IMG/VR virus record: IMGVR_UViG_3300022930_000021
Location: 1 to 36,343 of that record
From: a virus
Lineage: Duplodnaviria > Caudoviricetes
DNA length: 36,343 bases
Direction: 5' to 3' (one strand)
Both the position numbers and the translations under genes were made by a program. Under the pieces are notes generated by a model. The model was not told the DNA's origin and made no database searches. It was given only the letters and a program-made list of their open reading frames with translations. Each line of letters opens with the position of its first letter. Within the stretch, counting starts at the first letter, position 1. Below, in pieces: positions 16,835 through 22,941 of the stretch.

Positions 16835-17128
16835 TTAGCGGTCTTCGTTAGTTACGCCTATAAAGTCTGCTGGCTCGAAATCTTCCTTGTTACCTGACTC
16901 CGATAGAATGCGCTCCTGCTCGATCTCCTCGTCTGTAAGCGGCAGGTAATCGGTATCTACCTCTGTCATATCGCTTACCGGGATATCCTGCAAGTCCTGT
17001 GGTCCCTCATAGCAGTACAAGTCATCGCAACGTGATAGGAACTCCGCAACCTGCTCTTCTGCCATGATGTAACCGTCTGCCTCCATCTCCTTAGCGACTG
17101 AACGTACCAAATCGTATAACTTAATCAT
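16835..17128 (-). CDS. Acidic hypothetical protein
   Basis: Very Asp/Glu-rich, 97 aa, first gene after an early promoter. Confidence 0.7.
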   Translation of the reverse strand: MIKLYDLVRSVAKEMEADGYIMAEEQVAEFLSRCDDLYCYEGPQDLQDIPVSDMTEVDTDYLPLTDEEIEQERILSESGNKEDFEPADFIGVTNEDR

Positions 17129-17158
17129 CGTTTTATTTATTACCTATCTAATACCTAT

Positions 17159-17207
17159 ACAATAGCATACGCACGCATACACGCAATAGCAGGCATGTGG
17201 ATAAGTC
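17159..17207 (-). promoter_or_regulatory. Early promoter with upstream GACTTATCCACA (DnaA box)
   Basis: TTGCGT-16 nt-TATTGT with TG extension; box 17207-17196; GCATAC repeats in the spacer. Confidence 0.6.
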
Positions 17208-17259
17208 TACTCGATCGAGAATATCCAAAGTATTCCCATTATTACTAGCATCCACCAGA

Positions 17260-17589
17260 TTACCTCCATACCTGCTGGCTTATATCTCTGCTAAGTGCTG
17301 CCTGGTATGCTTCGAACAAAGAAGTAACTGACCTACGGCCCTCCTTAATCGGAGTAGGGAACAGCGGTAGCAACTGCTCACGGCTAGGGATTAGACGCTT
17401 CGGATTCTCGGCGAACCACGGCCCTAGTTGTATGGAGGCGTTTGCCTTTTCCTCATCCGTCGGTGGACGACCTACATAACCTTGGAAAGCGAATATGAAG
17501 TAACGGTTAGAGAAATACTCTGCTCGCTGCTGTGCTGGCATAGCAAGGGCGTAAGTTTCGTCCCTAGTTATCTCTTGGATTGTAGACAT
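17260..17589 (-). CDS. Hypothetical protein
   Basis: 109 aa ORF at the end of the replication operon. Confidence 0.65.
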   Translation of the reverse strand: MSTIQEITRDETYALAMPAQQRAEYFSNRYFIFAFQGYVGRPPTDEEKANASIQLGPWFAENPKRLIPSREQLLPLFPTPIKEGRRSVTSLFEAYQAALSRDISQQVWR

Positions 17590-17590
17590 A

Positions 17591-17923
17591 TTAGTTTAGT
17601 AGAGGGTTATTGAAGTGCTGACTACCTAGACGAGCGTTTACTTTCTGGCTTGTTTCCCGGAGAAATAGATCAGTCTGTTTGCTCTTGTTACTAGCGTTCC
17701 ATATTGCATGGTCTTCTGCTTCCATTTTGTAACCACGGTTCCATCCCATCATCCGATTTACGTCGGGAATTATTGTCATAATGTCCTTTCCGCGTACTGG
17801 AACTCCACCGAGGATTGCCTTGCTTTCGGTTAGGAATGCGTATTGCGCCGCCTCTAACTGCGTTTCGTCAATAGGGATGAACTCATTAGGCCCGTAACCT
17901 GTCTGAACTTTAAAGTAAATCAT
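17591..17923 (-). CDS. Hypothetical protein coupled to the initiator (helicase-loader position)
   Basis: ATGA overlap with the initiator stop; function inferred from position only. Confidence 0.6.
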   Translation of the reverse strand: MIYFKVQTGYGPNEFIPIDETQLEAAQYAFLTESKAILGGVPVRGKDIMTIIPDVNRMMGWNRGYKMEAEDHAIWNASNKSKQTDLFLRETSQKVNARLGSQHFNNPLLN

Positions 17924-18663
17924 GCGATTATTACGTTAGGTGTTTTAGTCTGATGCTTTGCCTTGGCTTTTACGATTGAAGCCTCAAGGCTTGAATACTT
18001 CTCTAGCAGTTGCAGGGGAGTCATTATCGTCGGCATATACTCCATGCGGTTCGTTTTAGGCAAAGTATCTTTTACAATCGCAACAACTCTGTCGAGGCCA
18101 TACCCTGCGATTAAGTCTTTGACAGCCTTCCGTTGGGTCTTATTGCCGTACATTCGTGCCACGGCGGGGTTTATCTTCTTGAATTCATCCAACACTTCGA
18201 TTATTGAAGAAATGGAACTGTCCGCGGACTCGTCCGCTGTATTATCTTCTTTTCTTTTCTTATTTACCCTTTTATAACTCTGGTCACCTGTGGGTGATAC
18301 CTGCCTATCACCTGTGGGTGATACAGTGTCACCTGTAGATGATAGACGGGATGTGCTATCACTTGTGGATGATACCTTCGAGAATGTTACAAGCGGGATA
18401 ATTTCCGACCTGTTTCGACGAGATTCGTCCCTAAACTTACGCTTGATGTACCCAAGGGATTCCAAATTGGTTAGCGAGTTCTGTACAGCCTTTGCTGTCG
18501 ATTTGCACATCTTAGCAAGCGTTTCATTAGACGCTGTGCATTTTTCGTTCTTCAACTTTGTAAACCAGTAGACAATGGCATACACGCGCTCATCAACGGG
18601 CGTTATGTTTTCGTCGGCTATCAACTGATAGGGGATTATCAGGAAATCGGGGTAGCCGTTCAT
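17920..18663 (-). CDS. Phage replication initiator (N-terminal winged HTH; lambda O-like organisation)
   Basis: CTASNETLAKMC...VQNSLTNLESLGYI HTH, repetitive linker VSPTGD, C-terminal TPLQL..KYSSL domain. Confidence 0.8.
   Translation of the reverse strand: MNGYPDFLIIPYQLIADENITPVDERVYAIVYWFTKLKNEKCTASNETLAKMCKSTAKAVQNSLTNLESLGYIKRKFRDESRRNRSEIIPLVTFSKVSSTSDSTSRLSSTGDTVSPTGDRQVSPTGDQSYKRVNKKRKEDNTADESADSSISSIIEVLDEFKKINPAVARMYGNKTQRKAVKDLIAGYGLDRVVAIVKDTLPKTNRMEYMPTIMTPLQLLEKYSSLEASIVKAKAKHQTKTPNVIIA
18240..18375. repeat. Iteron array plus AT-rich tract (putative origin)
   Basis: Four copies of TCACYTGTRGRTGATA within 18282-18375, next to an AT-rich tract at 18240-18278. Confidence 0.8.
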
Positions 18664-18860
18664 TGCTCCATTTCCTTAATCGAGATGAGTACCCTAGCAT
18701 CCTTTAAGTGGAACTCGTCTATGACGGTTTGTATTGCCCCATTGAGATATTCTAGGAATGTATCCTCTGACTTGTTATCAATCGAGAAATTGAATGTTAT
18801 GTCTATCGTCCCCTTCGACTGGCGTTTATCTGTGACCATTGGCTTAGAAATAAAGCCCAT
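18660..18860 (-). CDS. Small protein downstream of the C4-like RNA
   Basis: 66 aa, ATGA-coupled to the initiator; its ATG lies in the base of the RNA stem. Confidence 0.6.
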   Translation of the reverse strand: MGFISKPMVTDKRQSKGTIDITFNFSIDNKSEDTFLEYLNGAIQTVIDEFHLKDARVLISIKEMEQ

Positions 18861-18931
18861 TCATAGGAGCGCGGGTGTGGTCGGGAGTCATCTTCCCGCT
18901 CCTTTCGGAGTCCACGCCCCCATGAATAGGG
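18856..18931 (-). ncRNA. C4-like antisense RNA
   Basis: 16-bp closing stem ATTCATGGGGGCGTGG/CCGCGCTCCTATGAAT, CTCC-GAAA-GGAG, CGGGA-AGATGAC-TCCCG and unpaired ACCACAC; complementary TGTGGT and AGTCATC sites just upstream. Confidence 0.72.
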
Positions 18932-18941
18932 TCTATTAAGC

Positions 18942-19006
18942 GATGACTATTTACCACATACTAATTATACTCCGCAACCTAATCACCTACAATCGACTTA
19001 TCCCCA
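18942..19006 (-). promoter_or_regulatory. Main early promoter, a1/b1-like target sites and inverted GACTTATCCCCA box
   Basis: TTGTAG (18992-18987)-17 nt-TATAAT (18969-18964); TGTGGT 18958-18953; AGTCATC 18948-18942; box 18995-19006. Confidence 0.7.
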
Positions 19007-19011
19007 TGCAA

Positions 19012-19072
19012 GAAAAACCACCCCGATTATTCAAGTTGGAGTGGTTTTACCCAATATACGTTCGCTGGTTGC
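19012..19072 (-). ncRNA. Candidate sRNA B (about 60 nt)
   Basis: Extended -10 TGaTATAAT (19084-19079), a short single-stranded region, then terminator AAAACCACTCC...GGGGTGGTTTTT. Confidence 0.45.
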
Positions 19073-19096
19073 TTCTGCATTATATCACTTAGCAAT

Positions 19097-19184
19097 ACAG
19101 AAACAACACCCCATGTTTAGTGAGGTGTTGCGTCCGTATGTATTTTAACGACGCGAGCAAACGATGAAATCCTCAAGCGTCGCT
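19097..19184 (-). ncRNA. Candidate sRNA A (about 90 nt)
   Basis: TATACT (19195-19190), 5' hairpin AGCGACGC/GCGTCGTT, linker, 11-bp hairpin GCAACACCTCA/TGGGGTGTTGT and a short T tract. Confidence 0.4.
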
Positions 19185-19197
19185 ATGTGAGTATAAA

Positions 19198-19398
19198 CTA
19201 CTTTCCGCCTTTACCGCAATATCGACAGAACCGTCTATCACATTGATCTTGGCTAGCATCAGGCCAGTAGGGAGGTTTCTTGGCTACTCTCACATGCCAC
19301 CAGTCCCATACGAACTGCCTAATAAAATCACCCGTAGCATAGTATACGAAGGTCGGCCACTGAATGTATCGAAAGTAATTCCATCGTTTGTTTTCCAT
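19198..19398 (-). CDS. Small leaderless protein with a C-terminal Cys motif
   Basis: TGcTATAAT-6 nt-ATG 19398 gives MENKRWNYF...CDRRFCRYCGK. Confidence 0.55.
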   Translation of the reverse strand: MENKRWNYFRYIQWPTFVYYATGDFIRQFVWDWWHVRVAKKPPYWPDASQDQCDRRFCRYCGKGGK

Positions 19399-19544
19399 TT
19401 GTTGATTATAGCATAAACGCAAATCCCACTTCGGGGGAAGCGGGATTGGTAGGTATGATTGAAAATGTCTTTGTGAGCATGGCCCCTGTGCATCGGGGCA
19501 TTTACAGTATACAATTTTACTAGACAAGGCACAAATACTATCCT

Positions 19545-19682
19545 ATGAAACCAGACACTATGTCCGCTGAGGAGTTCGGCAGGCTCATGCAACTCGCCCA
19601 TGGCGAACTGCCTGAGTCCGAGATGACCTCACAAGAAATGATGCTCACGCATCCCCAAGGGTACTTTTCCTTCCATGGTTAA
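19545..19682 (+). CDS. Small hypothetical protein (45 aa), not in the ORF track
   Basis: MKPDTMSAEEFGRLMQLAHGELPESEMTSQEMMLTHPQGYFSFHG, followed by a terminator. Confidence 0.5.
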   Translation: MKPDTMSAEEFGRLMQLAHGELPESEMTSQEMMLTHPQGYFSFHG

Positions 19683-19691
19683 TACCGCACG

Positions 19692-19720
19692 GCACCACCT
19701 AAGACGTGGTGCTTTCTCTT
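19692..19720 (+). terminator. Intrinsic terminator
   Basis: GCACCAC-CTAAGAC-GTGGTGC-TTTCTCTT. Confidence 0.7.
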
Positions 19721-19741
19721 GTGTAGGAGTATAATTAGGAC

Positions 19742-19924
19742 ATGAGAAACCCATTCAAGGCAGTACGACAGGCGAATGCTCGCCTCAATATGGCAACGGA
19801 TCGAAAGATTGCAGCCGATACTCAGCTGGCAAATTCCCTCAAGGACAAGTCCAATAGGAAAGTAGCCATGATGTCCTTTAAGGCACCTAAGCGCTCTTCC
19901 AATGGACTCGGCGTAGGTATGTAG
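19742..19924 (+). CDS. Small basic leaderless protein
   Basis: TATAAT 19730-19735, 6 nt before the ATG. Confidence 0.6.
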   Translation: MRNPFKAVRQANARLNMATDRKIAADTQLANSLKDKSNRKVAMMSFKAPKRSSNGLGVGM

Positions 19925-19960
19925 TATAATCAGGTAGTTACTAGAAGTAACATAACGACC

Positions 19961-20167
19961 ATGTCAACAGTAAATTTCGCACCAGGCACGGAGATCGAGG
20001 TAAAGGGCAAGAAGTACACGACCCAGACCGGCATCAACGTAACGGACAATACCGAGTCCCGCCAGACGGAGGACGGTATCAAGCGCTTCGACTCCGACGG
20101 CAACGAGGTTGACGAGAACGGAGAGAAAGTACATCGCAACATCCTCACCGGCAAGAAGACTAAGTAA
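19961..20167 (+). CDS. Small hypothetical protein
   Basis: 68 aa; TATAAT 19925-19930 upstream; C-ending codon bias like the capsid gene. Confidence 0.7.
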   Translation: MSTVNFAPGTEIEVKGKKYTTQTGINVTDNTESRQTEDGIKRFDSDGNEVDENGEKVHRNILTGKKTK

Positions 20168-20218
20168 CGCTCCTACTGAGAGCCTCAAAGCAGGTTGGGA
20201 CTCTCGACTAGAAACGCT

Positions 20219-20371
20219 ATGTCATACGATATAAAACTCCATAAAGAACTAACAAAAGAATCGCACGATGCTCAGATTGAATCGGCTGTAGCAAAGGTGG
20301 ATGCTATAATCAGACAGCCAGTTTGTCCTATAGACCCAGCAGAACGAGATATTTGTGACTCATGCCAATGA
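20219..20371 (+). CDS. Small protein with C-terminal CxxCQ (50 aa), not in the ORF track
   Basis: MSYDIKLHKELTKESHDAQIESAVAKVDAIIRQPVCPIDPAERDICDSCQ; its TGA overlaps the next ATG (20368). Confidence 0.7.
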   Translation: MSYDIKLHKELTKESHDAQIESAVAKVDAIIRQPVCPIDPAERDICDSCQ

Positions 20372-20811
20372 AATATACCAAAACAAAAGAGTCCTTTATA
20401 TTTGAGTCAGAAAAAAGGGGTGATAAACTTACTATAAACCATTCGCACTTTGTTACTGAAGAACATTTAAGAATACCAGGTCTTGGTAAATTGCGTGCAT
20501 TAATCAAAAACACCATTGCCCCTGACTTGGGGAGTAGCGCATGGTATAGACTGAAACGCGTCAAGAGATATATAAGATTCTTTAAAGACCCATTTACTAA
20601 TTGGCATACTTCACAACTGAGGTGGAAATTACTGGATATCAAAAGCTTTGTTTATTTGGATTTAGTTTGGCCAAAACTTGTAAAGGGTAAGCCAACATCA
20701 AGGATATTCGGAGTATGGGTTCCTAATCCATTGTTTCGATTTTACGAACCGATTTTAATGAAACGCCATAAGCGCAGACTAGATAAGTATAGAATGTCGT
20801 ATCCACTATGA
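20368..20811 (+). CDS. Basic, aromatic-rich hypothetical protein
   Basis: AT-rich ORF with ATGA coupling at both ends. Confidence 0.6.
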   Translation: MKYTKTKESFIFESEKRGDKLTINHSHFVTEEHLRIPGLGKLRALIKNTIAPDLGSSAWYRLKRVKRYIRFFKDPFTNWHTSQLRWKLLDIKSFVYLDLVWPKLVKGKPTSRIFGVWVPNPLFRFYEPILMKRHKRRLDKYRMSYPL

Positions 20812-20960
20812 TAGACTACAGAGCATACAACGAAAAACTCCGCGAATTCTTCGAGAAGGAGATGGAACCATTCCGCGACCTACCGCTACACATACGCCTC
20901 GAGGCATACAAAACGACATCAAAGTACCCTGAATACAAACCACATGAGCAATCCAACTAA
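20808..20960 (+). CDS. Small hypothetical protein (50 aa), not in the ORF track
   Basis: MIDYRAYNEKLREFFEKEMEPFRDLPLHIRLEAYK...; ATGA-coupled. Confidence 0.55.
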   Translation: MIDYRAYNEKLREFFEKEMEPFRDLPLHIRLEAYKTTSKYPEYKPHEQSN

Positions 20961-21402
20961 CCCGAACGGCGCGAACCAATGGAACCTCGATCCACGACAG
21001 AAACTCTGTTGGGATTTCTATGTTAACCCTAAGTCAGAAACTTTCGGCAACGGCACACAATCGGCCATTAAAGCAGGCTATGAACCTGACTATGCAGACC
21101 AGATAACAACTGCTGAATGGTTCAAGGGACGGGTTAGGAGACTCAATATGCTCAGTAGGGCAGAGAGAAACCTAGAAGAAGTACAGAATCTAGAGATAAA
21201 AGACGAGTTCGGACGGATAATAGGAGAAGCTCTTAGAGAACGTAACAAGGTAGACCTATTCGTTGCTTCTACTCAAGGTAAAAATGATGGTTGGTCGAAT
21301 CGTACAGAGGTAACAGGAGCAGACGGAGAGAAACTAGACTACGGCGTAATAATACTGCCACAGAAGAATGGAACAGAAGATACATTGGAAGCCACAGCCT
21401 AA
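20944..21402 (+). CDS. terS: Terminase small subunit
   Basis: FGNGTQSAIKAGY HTH and W..RTEVTGADG tail; directly upstream of TerL. Confidence 0.85.
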   Translation: MSNPTNPNGANQWNLDPRQKLCWDFYVNPKSETFGNGTQSAIKAGYEPDYADQITTAEWFKGRVRRLNMLSRAERNLEEVQNLEIKDEFGRIIGEALRERNKVDLFVASTQGKNDGWSNRTEVTGADGEKLDYGVIILPQKNGTEDTLEATA

Positions 21403-22729
21403 ACAGGAGATAGCATTAGCTCGTTCAGAAGACGAGATACTATTCGGTGGTTCTCGCGGTGGTGGCAAGACAGATGCAGGACAGGCATGGCTTATGTATG
21501 ACCTCGCTCATCCTAAGTATAGAGCACTAGTCATTCGTCGTAATGCTACAGACCTAGAAGACTGGATAGACCGCGCTAAGGCGATGTTTGCTCCTGCTGG
21601 TGGAGTATTCGTCGGTACTACGTTCAATTTCCCAAGCGGCGCACGTATACGAACGGGACACCTTAAAGACGATAACGCCTACAGCAAGTACCAGGGGCAT
21701 GAATACCAAAAGCAACTGGTAGAGGAGTTGACGCATATCCCTAGCGAGTCGGATTACGAGAAACTATTGGCGTCTTGTCGTTCAACTGTGCCTGGAATAA
21801 AGCCACAGATATTCGCCACCACTAACCCTGACGGCCCTGGTCGTAAGTGGGTAAAGAAACGATGGAACATACCAGACCAGCCTACTGACCTAGTACGCAC
21901 TGTAGACGCCAAAACGGGCCGTACGCGCGTGTTCATACCATCAAGGCTACAGGACAACCAGGTGCTGATGGATAATGACCCTGGGTACATAAAGCAACTG
22001 GAATCCATTACCGATGACGAACTAAGAGAGGCATGGCTTGAAGGTTCTTGGGCGGGCTTCGGCATCAAGGGTTCGTACTACAAGCAACAGATCAGACAGG
22101 CTTACGAGGAGAACAGGATAACGTCTGTGCCATACGATACGTTCTCGCCGGTACACACTTGGTGGGACTTAGGTATCGGAGATGCCATGACGGTGGGTTT
22201 CTTCCAGTTCGTAGGCAAGGAAGCGCACGTAATCGACTACTACGAGGCTTCAGGAGAGGGTATAGCGCACTTCGTATCGGTATTGGCATCTAAGGGTTAT
22301 GTATATGGCAGACACTACGCACCGCACGACATCATGGCCCGTGAACTTGGCACTGGAGTATCAAGATACGAGACTGCTAAATCGCTTGGCCTCACCTTTG
22401 AAACACGCTGGGTGAACGATAAGGAACTATCAGCAGTTCCTATGCTTGGTGTAGACGACGGTATAAACGCCCTGCGTGCTAAGTTCAACACGCTTTGGTT
22501 TGATGCCATCAAGTGTGAGCGACTCATCGAGTGCCTATCGAACTACCAGAAGGAATGGAATGACAAGATGGGAGAGTTCAAGAATGCGCCACTGCACGAC
22601 TGGTCATCACACGCCGCGGATATGATGAGGTACTTCGCCGTAACGCCTTTAGAGGCAAAGGTAGACGCTTCTAAGATAATGGGCGAGCGTATATTGCGTA
22701 ATCGTATGGCTAATAGCACAATGAGGTAA
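21368..22729 (+). CDS. terL: Terminase large subunit
   Basis: Walker A GGSRGGGKT, Walker B LVEEL, motif III TTNP, nuclease WDLG...HAADMMRY. Confidence 0.95.
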   Translation: MEQKIHWKPQPKQEIALARSEDEILFGGSRGGGKTDAGQAWLMYDLAHPKYRALVIRRNATDLEDWIDRAKAMFAPAGGVFVGTTFNFPSGARIRTGHLKDDNAYSKYQGHEYQKQLVEELTHIPSESDYEKLLASCRSTVPGIKPQIFATTNPDGPGRKWVKKRWNIPDQPTDLVRTVDAKTGRTRVFIPSRLQDNQVLMDNDPGYIKQLESITDDELREAWLEGSWAGFGIKGSYYKQQIRQAYEENRITSVPYDTFSPVHTWWDLGIGDAMTVGFFQFVGKEAHVIDYYEASGEGIAHFVSVLASKGYVYGRHYAPHDIMARELGTGVSRYETAKSLGLTFETRWVNDKELSAVPMLGVDDGINALRAKFNTLWFDAIKCERLIECLSNYQKEWNDKMGEFKNAPLHDWSSHAADMMRYFAVTPLEAKVDASKIMGERILRNRMANSTMR

Positions 22730-22899
22730 TGAAAGACTGGTCACACATAGAGGGCGCTAAGATAGTCGACGGCATATGGGTGAATAAGCACGGCATATGC
22801 CTTGATTGCAACGGAGGAAACCCAGAATGTACCCATAACAACATCTTCGAGGAGGGAGGTTTGAAGAAATGCGCCATATGTGGCGTAGCGGTTCAATAA
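22729..22899 (+). CDS. Small Cys-rich protein (56 aa), not in the ORF track
   Basis: TAATG overlap with TerL; CLDC...CTH...CAIC. Confidence 0.6.
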   Translation: MKDWSHIEGAKIVDGIWVNKHGICLDCNGGNPECTHNNIFEEGGLKKCAICGVAVQ

Positions 22900-22930
22900 G
22901 TTATATAATTAGTTCACTACGTTGCGGTAG
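22897..22930 (+). promoter_or_regulatory. Late promoter plus GTTGCGG leader hairpin
   Basis: TAAGTTATATAAT 22897-22909; CTAC-GTTGCG-GTAG 22917-22930. Confidence 0.6.
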
Positions 22931-22941
22931 ACATCCAACCA

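Noticed and set aside
18282-18375. CRISPR mini-array
   Set aside because: Spacers are only a few nucleotides and the repeats are in frame within the initiator; these are iterons
19198-19601. Long ORF calls 19198-19527 and 19290-19601
   Set aside because: The TATAAT-6 nt-ATG at 19398 gives a better start; the longer frames cross the divergent control region
21710-21735. Walker B LVEEL instead of hhhhDE as a sign of an inactive terminase
   Set aside because: Conservative acidic variant, and all other ATPase and nuclease motifs are intact
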